DNA of 64,000 nt, from IMG/VR virus record IMGVR_UViG_3300035698_023758. One strand, given 5' to 3'. Below are positions 39,755 through 49,528 of this stretch, piece by piece (position 1 is the first letter of the stretch; every line of letters begins with the position of its first letter). The notes under the pieces are model-generated. The model searched no databases, was not told the DNA's origin, and saw nothing but the letters and a program-made list of their open reading frames with translations. The translations under genes were made by a program, and so were the position numbers. Source of the stretch: an uncultured virus (IMG/VR IMGVR_UViG_3300035698_023758) (Duplodnaviria > Heunggongvirae > Uroviricota > Caudoviricetes).

Positions 39755-40057
39755 TCACTTTAGCTTCTTTTTTAACATCACTGAAATATTATCAAAAAAA
39801 TCTGGATCACTGATATTAAATGTGTGTAAAGAATCATGAAAGTCAAAAGATACGTTATCATTGCTAATGCTCACAGACGCTACACTTCGTATGGTAGCAT
39901 CTTCCAGCGAAACACCCAATAATTTAACTGAATGTATATGATCTTCAAAATTAAGCAAGGCGTAATTATTATTAACACCAAGATTAAGTGTTGAAAAATG
40001 CTTCGCAATATGATCAAATATTTCTCGATCATTCATAATGCGATGACACTTCTCCAC
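39755..40057 (-). CDS. LSDP-family small protein
   Basis: TFNISDPDFFDNIS. Confidence 0.6.
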   Translation of the reverse strand: MEKCHRIMNDREIFDHIAKHFSTLNLGVNNNYALLNFEDHIHSVKLLGVSLEDATIRSVASVSISNDNVSFDFHDSLHTFNISDPDFFDNISVMLKKKLK

Positions 40058-40532
40058 AAGTCATTTTTACAGCTTCAGAGATATCTTCAATTAATTGATG
40101 GGCATTTATCTTACCACCAGCAAATCGAATAAACTGCATGGTAACCCCAAAAGCAAGAAAAACATTAACATCTTCTTTTCCAGATAAAATTGGACCAGCT
40201 TTTTCAAGTTCTCGAACAACTTCTTCGAGAGTTTTAGCTTCACCGCTAGCAACAGCTTCTTCCAAGATTTGTGTATTTGATAAATTATGCGGATTTACTT
40301 CTTGGTTTTGTGGGCTTTGCTGCTCAGAGTTTTGTTGTTCGTTATTGCTCGATACAGGCCGATTAAAAATAATACCTTTATTTGTAATTCGCGTGATTTG
40401 TGCTTTAACGGATGATTCATAAACATCCATTAACTTTGCGATATCTTCGACCGACAATCCCGATTCAACGTATTCATAGACCTTTTTTTGGTATTCGTTT
40501 AAGTTGTTAACAAGTTCATTTTGATTTAACAT
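40029..40532 (-). CDS. LuxR/sigma-region-4-type HTH protein
   Basis: LNEYQKKVYEYVESGLSVEDIAKLMDVYESSVKAQITRI. Confidence 0.75.
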   Translation of the reverse strand: MLNQNELVNNLNEYQKKVYEYVESGLSVEDIAKLMDVYESSVKAQITRITNKGIIFNRPVSSNNEQQNSEQQSPQNQEVNPHNLSNTQILEEAVASGEAKTLEEVVRELEKAGPILSGKEDVNVFLAFGVTMQFIRFAGGKINAHQLIEDISEAVKMTCGEVSSHYE

Positions 40533-40584
40533 CGTATATTCCTCATATTGTTATAAAAATTAAAAAAGTAGTGTAATCTACGTT

Positions 40585-41706
40585 TTACGCTTTATAGTCA
40601 TCAAACTGTTGGGCGTTATCACGCACAAAAAATGATCTCCAATCTCCGAATTTTTCACAAGAATCCTCAAGATCATATTCCGATGTTAGTAAAGACCCAC
40701 ACCAAGCTTGAAGTCTTCTGTTTCCTTCTTCAGAAACATTATGTGTTGCAACTTCAGTGGCAAAATTAAGCATTTCGTATACTTTACATTCAATAGGAAG
40801 TTGTCTTAATCTTTTCTCAGAAAAAGAATTGCTTGCAATGCCAAATTTTTCGTATGGCCTACCAGCGAGAATATCAAGATCTCTTGAAATTGATTTTCTT
40901 TTTTCAGGTGAAACATTATCATCCAGCTGAATGTTAAGCAAAAGACTGTATAATGAATTATATTCTCTAAAACTACCCCAAGATTTTGTGGCACTTTTGA
41001 ATCGTTCACGCAATCTTGCGAATCCAGATTCGTTTGAAAATCCATCAATCGCTCTATTTAAGGTATAAGCAATATCATCGGACCCGGTTCCAAGTTTTAA
41101 TGTTGACTGAAATTCCTTAGCAAATCCAGTCATGCCATTTGAACAAATTAATCGCATCATTGAAAGATAAAAATTTGGATTACCATAACCATCGATCGGT
41201 GTATGCATTTCAAATCTGTTTACAAAATTATCACCGCCAACTTCAAATTCGCTACTATTCATTCTTGGAACATGTACCGATTTAACAATTCCCTTACTGT
41301 AAACAATTTTTTCGCTTGACGATTGTTTTAAAATATCAAGCAAATCATCATAAATGATAACTGGTTTTGAATCACCAACAGCAGAAAGGAGTTTGGGATA
41401 ATTTGGGTCGGATTTATCAACGCAGACCTTAATTGTATTGTCGTGTGTTCGTTCAGAAATTCTTTTGAACACTTCATCATGTGAGAAAAGACTGAAAAAT
41501 GAATTTCCAATTCCAAATCTTGAAAACAATGAATTCCAAAATCTTGATGTTGGGGCAACTGGTTCGCCATCGATAAGAATGTGGTCGATGGAATTGCTAT
41601 TATACAACCCAGTTCCCTTGAGTTTTTCAGATTTAACTTCTTCGTCACTTCTTAAAACTACTTGAATTTTATCAAGTGAAACTTTTTTATATTCAAACTC
41701 GTTCAT
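40585..41706 (-). CDS. DUF932/DUF945-like phage protein (paralogue of 3820-5055)
   Basis: RFWNSLFSRFG, TPIDGYG, MMRLICSNG, YEMLNFATEVATH, EYDLE. Confidence 0.7.
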   Translation of the reverse strand: MNEFEYKKVSLDKIQVVLRSDEEVKSEKLKGTGLYNSNSIDHILIDGEPVAPTSRFWNSLFSRFGIGNSFFSLFSHDEVFKRISERTHDNTIKVCVDKSDPNYPKLLSAVGDSKPVIIYDDLLDILKQSSSEKIVYSKGIVKSVHVPRMNSSEFEVGGDNFVNRFEMHTPIDGYGNPNFYLSMMRLICSNGMTGFAKEFQSTLKLGTGSDDIAYTLNRAIDGFSNESGFARLRERFKSATKSWGSFREYNSLYSLLLNIQLDDNVSPEKRKSISRDLDILAGRPYEKFGIASNSFSEKRLRQLPIECKVYEMLNFATEVATHNVSEEGNRRLQAWCGSLLTSEYDLEDSCEKFGDWRSFFVRDNAQQFDDYKA

Positions 41707-41797
41707 TATTGTCCCCTAAGGTAAAAATTATTTGTTTAATCTTATAAATTATTGTTACAAGAAGTCAACAAATTGTTAAATACATAGGGGAAAATAA

Positions 41798-42133
41798 TCA
41801 CAAATATTCGTTAAAGCCTTTTAATATAGATCTCATTTGCATGAACTCATTATCAAGTTCTGAATTTTTAGTTTGAGATCTTGTGTCACTTAATTGTTGT
41901 TGATCTAAATTTTGATCAACAGTGGAAAGGTGTTTATTCAATTTATTTACGATTGGTTCTACTTGCTGCTTTTGGTCTTTTTCCAATTCTTTTTTAATTT
42001 CTTCTTGATCATTAATATTATCAGAAAGCTCTTCATCAGTATCGTCTAAATTAGGCATTTCTTTGTCCGTGTTGCTTAATTCAACTTGATTCCGATTTAA
42101 ATTCGTCTCAAGAACTAATTTAAGCTTCATCAC
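41798..42133 (-). CDS. acidic coiled-coil protein (MKLKLVLE N-terminus)
   Basis: AGGAG SD. Confidence 0.65.
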   Translation of the reverse strand: MMKLKLVLETNLNRNQVELSNTDKEMPNLDDTDEELSDNINDQEEIKKELEKDQKQQVEPIVNKLNKHLSTVDQNLDQQQLSDTRSQTKNSELDNEFMQMRSILKGFNEYL

Positions 42134-42153
42134 TTCTCCTAATTTAACAAATG

Positions 42154-42966
42154 CTAATTATTTCCCTGGGTCCATGTCTTGCTTGCATTACCCTTTTTCA
42201 TTGATCCACTAGCAGCTTGATTCATCCCGCTACCCTTGTTAGATGGTTGATCTCTAGCTTTTAAATCTTGTTTTGGTACGCCAAATATGTCTGGAAATAA
42301 TGCCTCGGCGTCTAATTTAAGAACATTAGCAATACTAGCAGCTAAGCCAATTGATGGATTGCGTCCACCTGGGTCTCCTTGTGTCTTCTTTGGCACTCGC
42401 ATTATCCGTGATATAGTCGGGGGATCAACATCAACAGCATTAGCCAAACTAGTAACTGTATAACCATGCTGATGCATTGCTCTTGCAATTGGAGTTCTAT
42501 CAACAGTGGACATATCTATTTTAGATTGAAATTCATTATTTTCGTTCTCGCCGTTGTCTTCTTCATTGCCGTTGTCTTCTTCATCGCTATCATAGGAGGT
42601 TTCTTCATCTTCTAATATCGCTTTTTGGATTAATCTCCAATTTTCCATCAATCGACTAGTTGAGATTTTAGTTGGCTTGTTTTCAAAAACATCAATGTCT
42701 CTACTTTTATTACCTGTTGGTACGAGCATTGTGCTTTTTGGATCTATTGCCCACACCATATATTCACCTTGCGGCAAGGATAGAGCTCTAGATGATATCT
42801 GACTAATATTTAACAGAGATCCTTCTGATAAGTATTTTTCCATTTCAGTTTGGCTTTGGAATGAATCCAGAGATCCAGCGAGATCCATTAGTATATTGAG
42901 GTCTTCCAATATACTATTATCCAGTTTTTGATTGAGTTTTTGCATAAACGAAATTGATTTTGTCAC
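42154..42966 (-). CDS. protein with C-terminal XRE HTH
   Basis: IARAMHQHGYTVTSLANAVDVDPPTISRIMR..RNPSIGLAASIANVL..EALF. Confidence 0.75.
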   Translation of the reverse strand: MTKSISFMQKLNQKLDNSILEDLNILMDLAGSLDSFQSQTEMEKYLSEGSLLNISQISSRALSLPQGEYMVWAIDPKSTMLVPTGNKSRDIDVFENKPTKISTSRLMENWRLIQKAILEDEETSYDSDEEDNGNEEDNGENENNEFQSKIDMSTVDRTPIARAMHQHGYTVTSLANAVDVDPPTISRIMRVPKKTQGDPGGRNPSIGLAASIANVLKLDAEALFPDIFGVPKQDLKARDQPSNKGSGMNQAASGSMKKGNASKTWTQGNN

Positions 42967-43051
42967 AATATTATTCTCCTATATGTGTATTTTATATTTG
43001 ATTGTTTTAATGCTTGATAATTATTAATAGTTTTGAATTCAAAATTATAAT

Positions 43052-43471
43052 ATGAAAAATTTTGAATTATGCCTTGAAAATATCTTAAAAGAAGAAAACG
43101 ACGGAAAGTTTACTTCGGCTGTTGCGATAGTAGAATATAAAAATATGTGGCTACTTGGATTATCCACCGATAGCGATGATAGGCATTTAAAATGGGTTCA
43201 TCCAGGTGGGCATATCAAACGAGGTGAATCGCCTAAAAATGCTGCAGTAAGAGAAGCCAGAGAAGAAACAGGGGTAAAGTGTAAGGCTATTGGGGAACCA
43301 TTTAGAATGCCGGGGCATAAAAACATAGCATTTGTTCACTGTAAAGTAACATCTAAACCAAAATTAGACAGTAACCATGAATTTTCTGCTATAGGATTCT
43401 TTAAAGCAAATGAGCTAAATTCACTGACATTATACAAAAACGTGCGTAAGCTCATAGACCGAGTAAAGTAG
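43052..43471 (+). CDS. NUDIX hydrolase
   Basis: Nudix box PGGHIKRGESPKNAAVREAREETG. Confidence 0.92.
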   Translation: MKNFELCLENILKEENDGKFTSAVAIVEYKNMWLLGLSTDSDDRHLKWVHPGGHIKRGESPKNAAVREAREETGVKCKAIGEPFRMPGHKNIAFVHCKVTSKPKLDSNHEFSAIGFFKANELNSLTLYKNVRKLIDRVK

Positions 43472-43480
43472 GATTTCACA

Positions 43481-43831
43481 ATGCTAAAAGAAATTAAAGG
43501 CTTAGAATATACCTTAGAAATACTAAGAGTATTAGATACAAATCCAGCAGAAATAGACTCAAAAGAAGTATACAGGTTAATATCTGAAGATAACAGATTA
43601 ACAGCATCACTAAGCTATGTCCAAAAAATATTGCCAAGAATGGTTAAAGCGAACTTAATTAATTCATCAGATTCTGGCTACGTATTAAACAGACCAGTAA
43701 AAGAAATCACAATTGACATGGTGTTAGATATGTGTGAATTTCCAAGAAAAGTCGATCTGCTATACCAATTATGTAATAAATTAAAAAGTTCAGTATCATT
43801 ATCTAATATAACAGAAATTTATAATTTTTAA
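43481..43831 (+). CDS. Rrf2-family winged-helix regulator
   Basis: EYTLEILRVL..SLSYVQKILPRMVKANLI..GYVLNRPVKEITI. Confidence 0.8.
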   Translation: MLKEIKGLEYTLEILRVLDTNPAEIDSKEVYRLISEDNRLTASLSYVQKILPRMVKANLINSSDSGYVLNRPVKEITIDMVLDMCEFPRKVDLLYQLCNKLKSSVSLSNITEIYNF

Positions 43832-44112
43832 TGCAAATCGCCATCAACGAAGAAGTTTATGTCCCATTTTGGATCATAATAGAATATCTTGACATATCCC
43901 CACCAGATCCATTTGTGTTATGCAAGGTTACTGACATCTATAAAGGTGCAAGCATTGGGGGGAAAAGTGCTGTTGACATATGCGATCTGTATATAAAGAA
44001 AGACATCACAGCGGAAACAGTTTTGATGAATCATCTTATTAAAAAAGAAGACATCGAAGCATGGGCAAACAGGATAGGCAATTGGTTTAAAGACTTTCCA
44101 GACACCATATGA
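43831..44112 (+). CDS. hypothetical protein
   Basis: translationally coupled within the operon. Confidence 0.6.
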   Translation: MQIAINEEVYVPFWIIIEYLDISPPDPFVLCKVTDIYKGASIGGKSAVDICDLYIKKDITAETVLMNHLIKKEDIEAWANRIGNWFKDFPDTI

Positions 44113-45074
44113 AAATTCCATTAATAGACACCCATAGGCACTTTGGCGGTTCAATTTCTAAAGAATGCGTGTGGGAAATAATACAAGAAAATAACCTAAG
44201 CCATATAGCAGCATCTCTTAATGATGTTAAAAACGCGATGGTTATTGATGAATCAATTGAAAAATTAAGTTTTCACAATTTTTTGCATAAATTTAAAATA
44301 TTGGATTGTATATCTTGGGACGAAGATTCTATAGATAAAAGTGTAAAACACGTATGCAATGACTTAGAAAAAGAAGGAATAGATTTTTGTTGGCTAGATT
44401 TTTCTATCAACAAATACATGAACTTGCCCTGGCATAAATCAGAAGCGATAAAATTTATATACAATAGATTTGAAAATTATAGACCAAAACAAGTTGGTCT
44501 TATTTTATCATTAAAGTATGAAAGCTTAAGACATACACAAACAAAATACGCAGAATTAATAGACAACCCAGAGATATCTGATATTTTAATGGGAATTGAT
44601 CTTGTAGGGGACGAAGAGTATTTTTCTTCAGAATTTTATAGTCCAATATTCAAAAACTGGAAATCTGCTGGAAAAATGGTCAGAGCCCATGTTGGGGAAT
44701 CACAATCAAGCGATAATATTACATCAGCAATAACCGAAATGGGTGTAACAAATATCGCACATGGTATAAAATGCGTCGAAGACTTCAATATTATGCAACT
44801 AGCAAAAGACAACGACATCACATTCGACGTGGCATTAACAAGCAACTATTTAACTGGAGTTTGTAGTAGACAGGAACCACATCCAGTATTACATATGCTT
44901 AATAATGGGTTAAAGGTAACAATAGGTAGCGATGATCCAGTGCAATGTAACACATCATTATCAAATGAATTAATAAAATTCAAAGGCATGATTCAAGAAT
45001 GCGATGATTCAGAGGAATTGTATAGATTCACGCAAGAAACAGCATTTGATAATTCAAAAAGATTTATGAATTAA
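44109..45074 (+). CDS. add: adenosine/adenine deaminase (amidohydrolase superfamily)
   Basis: DTHRHFGGS, GIDLVGDE, AHVGE, IAHG, TSN, GSDDP. Confidence 0.9.
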   Translation: MKIPLIDTHRHFGGSISKECVWEIIQENNLSHIAASLNDVKNAMVIDESIEKLSFHNFLHKFKILDCISWDEDSIDKSVKHVCNDLEKEGIDFCWLDFSINKYMNLPWHKSEAIKFIYNRFENYRPKQVGLILSLKYESLRHTQTKYAELIDNPEISDILMGIDLVGDEEYFSSEFYSPIFKNWKSAGKMVRAHVGESQSSDNITSAITEMGVTNIAHGIKCVEDFNIMQLAKDNDITFDVALTSNYLTGVCSRQEPHPVLHMLNNGLKVTIGSDDPVQCNTSLSNELIKFKGMIQECDDSEELYRFTQETAFDNSKRFMN

Positions 45075-45357
45075 TACTTTTTTCTAAAATATCAAGCTGT
45101 TGTAAAAGTGGATTAATTCTTTCAAGACTAGCACAGCCCCAATGAGTCGTGATAAATGATACTCTATCTTCATTAGACATATCGTCTAAGTTTTGGCATT
45201 TTTTGCGGGCGTCATCACTTTTAATAGCGTTGGATGAAATAAGAAGAGAATCAATCCGATTTTTTATACTTCTCCATTGCGATTGTGACTGATCTAAGGC
45301 TCTTTGATTGATATTTTCGACAATTTCGTTAATACCACTTGCAATTTCTTTAGCCAT
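45064..45357 (-). CDS. hypothetical protein
   Basis: 97-aa ORF. Confidence 0.6.
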   Translation of the reverse strand: MAKEIASGINEIVENINQRALDQSQSQWRSIKNRIDSLLISSNAIKSDDARKKCQNLDDMSNEDRVSFITTHWGCASLERINPLLQQLDILEKSINS

Positions 45358-45372
45358 TATTTTTAACCTTAT

Positions 45373-45765
45373 TTAAATATTTTGCCTTATTACATGCACG
45401 TCTTTTGCTCCATCTTTAAGTACGATCTCGCCATTTTTAACTTCACATGTCTTATTGACCACAGACAACCATTCTTCTTCAAACACAATATCTTGTCCAA
45501 TTTTCCCGTTTTGAACTGGAATCATATAATGCACACCACCTTTTGCACCATCGAACATACGATTAAGTTCTTGTAGCATTAAGCGAATTTGTATTGCATC
45601 CATTCCATCAACATTGGTGAAATAAATTGCTCGAACTGGTTGATTGGCATATTTTGGATCAATATTTGGTATTTCAATATTAGATGTGTCTAATTCAGCT
45701 TCACGTTGGTTTACTATTTGTACTTGTTTTTTAGATTTTTTTCGATCAATTTTTTGTTGTCTCAT
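45373..45765 (-). CDS. hypothetical protein
   Basis: GGAGA SD. Confidence 0.65.
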   Translation of the reverse strand: MRQQKIDRKKSKKQVQIVNQREAELDTSNIEIPNIDPKYANQPVRAIYFTNVDGMDAIQIRLMLQELNRMFDGAKGGVHYMIPVQNGKIGQDIVFEEEWLSVVNKTCEVKNGEIVLKDGAKDVHVIRQNI

Positions 45766-45803
45766 TAATATTCTCCGGCTAGTATTTATAAAAAATCAAA
45801 TTT

Positions 45804-46139
45804 ATGTACTTAAAGGAAACCATGATGACAAAAACAGTATTATTCCAATTTGATAGTATTGAAGACAGATCAGAATTAATAGAATTCTTAAATTCTTCAA
45901 GCAGATTTTCGCATGTGACAAATAATATGCAATTAGATCCATCCATTAAAACTGGGTACGAAAAAGAATGTGAACTATTTGTTTCTGGCCAAAAAATGGT
46001 GGAAGGTAACTTCACAGACTTAAACCAAAGATTTAAGCAAGAAATTGGCTCGCATTCCGCATCTGTAGAAGTAAGAGAAAAACAGGGTGATGACACTTGG
46101 AAAACAGTGCTAAAAAGATCCAAACAAGCACAAATCTAG
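45804..46139 (+). CDS. hypothetical protein
   Basis: AAGGA SD before MMTKTV. Confidence 0.6.
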   Translation: MYLKETMMTKTVLFQFDSIEDRSELIEFLNSSSRFSHVTNNMQLDPSIKTGYEKECELFVSGQKMVEGNFTDLNQRFKQEIGSHSASVEVREKQGDDTWKTVLKRSKQAQI

Positions 46140-46912
46140 AAGAACCGCAATTACCATTCTTACTAGGTGATATACCAATAGATAAAGGTCAAACAAGACC
46201 ATTTGGTGGGATTAATCCACATAGTGAGCACTTTAACAACATAGGACAACAGTTCTTAAGATTCTTCATTGATCACGGAAGGCTGACCAAAAGATCAAAA
46301 GTATTAGATGTCGGATGTGGGACAGGAAGAATAGCAAAAGCATTAGAAGAATTCTTAGAAGGCGGAAAGTACCAAGGATTTGATTGCAATAAAAGATTCA
46401 TTGAGCATTGTAATAAATCATATAAAAAATCATTTAAATTCCAACATTTTGACCTTCAGCATGATGAATATAATAAAAATGGGATAATAAATCCAGAAAC
46501 ATTTAAGTTCCCATACAAAGACAATAGCTTTGACTTTGTAACCGCTATAGCAGTATTCAATCACTTAAATTTTAAAACATCGGTAAATTATATATCAGAA
46601 ATGATAAGAGTATTAAGACCGCAAGGGGTATTTTTTAGCACTTTTGTGTTATTAAACCAACGCTCTATGGAAGCTATAGAAGCAAAAAAAGAACACCCAT
46701 TTAAATTCACTGTAAAAGAAGATGACGGATGGTATGAATATGAAAAAAGAAAATTTTGGAATGTAGCATTACCAGAAATGGATATAAGACGTGTATTCGT
46801 AAACAGCGGGATGATGATTAAAGAACCAATACGATATGGTGAATGGTGTGGATCACCAGCAGCAATCACAGGGCACGATATTGTGGCAGCAATTCGAGGT
46901 CAATGGCGTTAA
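46097..46912 (+). CDS. class I SAM-dependent methyltransferase
   Basis: VLDVGCGTGR, FPYKDNSFD, AVFNHL, RVLRPQG. Confidence 0.9.
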   Translation: MENSAKKIQTSTNLEEPQLPFLLGDIPIDKGQTRPFGGINPHSEHFNNIGQQFLRFFIDHGRLTKRSKVLDVGCGTGRIAKALEEFLEGGKYQGFDCNKRFIEHCNKSYKKSFKFQHFDLQHDEYNKNGIINPETFKFPYKDNSFDFVTAIAVFNHLNFKTSVNYISEMIRVLRPQGVFFSTFVLLNQRSMEAIEAKKEHPFKFTVKEDDGWYEYEKRKFWNVALPEMDIRRVFVNSGMMIKEPIRYGEWCGSPAAITGHDIVAAIRGQWR

Positions 46913-47060
46913 GATCATCCCTGGCCGCTAAGAATCATATAAAACAAATAAACAATAAGAGATATCATTCCTATTGCTGAAATAAAAGCACCGAATGCCA
47001 TAGCTTTAAAAAAATCACCAGCTGTATTACGCATCTTCTTTTTTATATCCATAATTCATC

Positions 47061-48773
47061 CTATAAATATTGCTTAAGACGGGGCTTTACACCAAAATCA
47101 CTTAACAAATCAAAAAACTGATCAATTATCTCGTTAGACCGATTATTAACCATAGTATTAACCCATTTCACAGTTTTCTCATCATGAAAATCTAATCTTG
47201 ATCCAAATTTTCTATTAGACCAATTTAAAAACTCACGCCAAATAATATCACCATTCAATAATTTATTTAAATCCTTCTGAGATTCATTTAAATCCTCTAT
47301 CCATACTACACTATAATTGTCATCATCGATATTCTTAAGACTATTTAGAGCACATTTTAACGTTTCAATAATTTCCCAAAGATGTAAATCAACAATTGGC
47401 ACTGACGAAATATCATCTGGCCTAATCCGATTACTATTTTGATCCGATGACCCACTAGATTTAAAATGCCTATGTATAGAATACATATCAAATTGATAAA
47501 AACCGGGCGTTCTTGAAAATTCAGATATCCAAGTTGAAAAATTTAACATTCTTGATTTAATTAAATCAACAGGGTTTCTAAGCAATAATATAAATTTAGC
47601 GTTATCACAATTTTCATTTATATCATCAACAAAAAAACTAAGCCTATGATTCACTTCACAAACCAATTTAACATCAGTCCTTTTATATAATTGCATTTTA
47701 TTATTAAAATCTTGGGTCATGTAATCATCACCATCAAATTTTAACTTAGCTTCTTTTGACAAAGTTGGGTCTATCTCATGTCTAACCCAACTAGAATGTC
47801 TAGAGCTTCTTCTTATAGATTCAGCTAACGTATGAGTTCCAGCACGTTCGAGTCCAATACCAAATATTCTCGTGGTCATGTCCTCCCCATGTTTATTATA
47901 CATATATTGTATAGAGTGCTTATTATCAATCTGGCATAAATGGCTCAATTTTGGCATACCAGCATAATGTGCAATTATCATATCTGGATTATCAAACAAA
48001 ACCTCATCTAAAATATCACCACCCATTACGGTGTCAGTTCTTGGCCATTGTGGGTGTTTGGGCCATTTGCTATTTTCATTTAACTCATAAGCATTTCTTT
48101 TTGCATCACCATTCCAACCTTGAGATGGGGTTATTTTATCTAAAATACCCAATTCTCTCATGGTCCACAATAAGACACCTTGATCATATAATGTAATGTA
48201 GTCCTTTAACTTCTGATCATTGTTGATTATCTCCGTATTTTCAATCCATTTGTCTAAAATATAATCATCTCTGCCTGGAACCACCCCAACCACACCAGAG
48301 TTCAGTGCAATTTTTTCTAATAGCTTAGGAACAGGTGCGGGATGGTGATCATACAATTTATCATCATTTAAACAATATTGGGGTGCAAAAAAATCATTCA
48401 TGACTAAAAAGTCATTGGATGTTGCTTTAAATAAAGGTTTTAGATCATTTAGAATTACAATATCAACATCTAACCATAGAGCAGTATTTATACCGTATGA
48501 TTCAATAACATCCTTTATGATTTTAGGTTTAAACCATTGCATCCACCTTGTTTTGCAAATACCTTTATAATGCTTTACATCATCGTCTGGGAGCATAAAA
48601 ACATCAACATGATATTTTGACAATTTCTCAAAATCTTCTTTTTTAAATTCTAATGGCACTACAATAGTATGCACCATAGTTGTTTTTCTCAAAGAATTAT
48701 AAAAAATCACAAAATCATCCCAAAAATCTGGTGTAAATGCTGTGATAACACAATAAAATCCGGCCTTATCCAT
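47061..48773 (-). CDS. glycosyltransferase (GT8-like, GT-A) fused to a sulfotransferase-like P-loop domain
   Basis: WLDVD, LNSGV, YDQGVL, IAHYAG..K; then FGIGLERAGTHTL and LLRNP. Confidence 0.75.
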   Translation of the reverse strand: MDKAGFYCVITAFTPDFWDDFVIFYNSLRKTTMVHTIVVPLEFKKEDFEKLSKYHVDVFMLPDDDVKHYKGICKTRWMQWFKPKIIKDVIESYGINTALWLDVDIVILNDLKPLFKATSNDFLVMNDFFAPQYCLNDDKLYDHHPAPVPKLLEKIALNSGVVGVVPGRDDYILDKWIENTEIINNDQKLKDYITLYDQGVLLWTMRELGILDKITPSQGWNGDAKRNAYELNENSKWPKHPQWPRTDTVMGGDILDEVLFDNPDMIIAHYAGMPKLSHLCQIDNKHSIQYMYNKHGEDMTTRIFGIGLERAGTHTLAESIRRSSRHSSWVRHEIDPTLSKEAKLKFDGDDYMTQDFNNKMQLYKRTDVKLVCEVNHRLSFFVDDINENCDNAKFILLLRNPVDLIKSRMLNFSTWISEFSRTPGFYQFDMYSIHRHFKSSGSSDQNSNRIRPDDISSVPIVDLHLWEIIETLKCALNSLKNIDDDNYSVVWIEDLNESQKDLNKLLNGDIIWREFLNWSNRKFGSRLDFHDEKTVKWVNTMVNNRSNEIIDQFFDLLSDFGVKPRLKQYL

Positions 48774-48793
48774 TTGATATCCCAAGGAAAATA

Positions 48794-49528
48794 ATGTTAA
48801 TGAACCCAAGCTTACTAATCATGTCAGTATATAACGAATCTTCATTAAAATGGCTAGAAATGCAAAGAAACTTTATAGAAAAAAACACCAATATCCCATT
48901 TGAAATTCATTACTACTTAAATAATATAAAAAAATTCAAATACCAAACAATAGGTAAATCAGACACAATAGAATCCGCATCACAACAACACCTAAAGGGA
49001 TTACAAGAGTGTTTAAAATATTCAAAAATTAAACAATTCAAATATAATCTAATATTAGATAGTGATTGCTTCCCAATAAATAATAAATACATTGATATAT
49101 TAGATAACAAATTATCTAAATATAACACAACAACAGCAAGTGTAATAAGAACAGAAAATCTCACAATCTTCCCACATCCATGTGCCTGCTTTTACAAAAA
49201 TCCAAAAGATATTAACTTTGAAATAAAAAAGTCAGAAGATCTTTTGGGTAACACATTCGATGAGGTACAATGTGTAGCCAAAAAAATCTTCCCTATGATA
49301 AGAACCAATGTTGTAAACCCAAATTTATTATCATCTGCTATATATTATGATCTATTTTATCATCATGGATGTGGATCAAGAAAATTTGATATGAGGAGTA
49401 TGCCCGGAGGAGAATTTCAATATTATGAAAACATCGGAAAAGATCCTGAAATGTTGACAAAAAAATTGTTTTCGAACCCAACAAAATTCATAGACACCTT
49501 AATGCAAGTAAATCCTCAACAATTTTAA
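48794..49528 (+). CDS. GT-A fold glycosyltransferase-like protein
   Basis: LILDSDCFPI; FYHHGCGS. Confidence 0.6.
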   Translation: MLMNPSLLIMSVYNESSLKWLEMQRNFIEKNTNIPFEIHYYLNNIKKFKYQTIGKSDTIESASQQHLKGLQECLKYSKIKQFKYNLILDSDCFPINNKYIDILDNKLSKYNTTTASVIRTENLTIFPHPCACFYKNPKDINFEIKKSEDLLGNTFDEVQCVAKKIFPMIRTNVVNPNLLSSAIYYDLFYHHGCGSRKFDMRSMPGGEFQYYENIGKDPEMLTKKLFSNPTKFIDTLMQVNPQQF

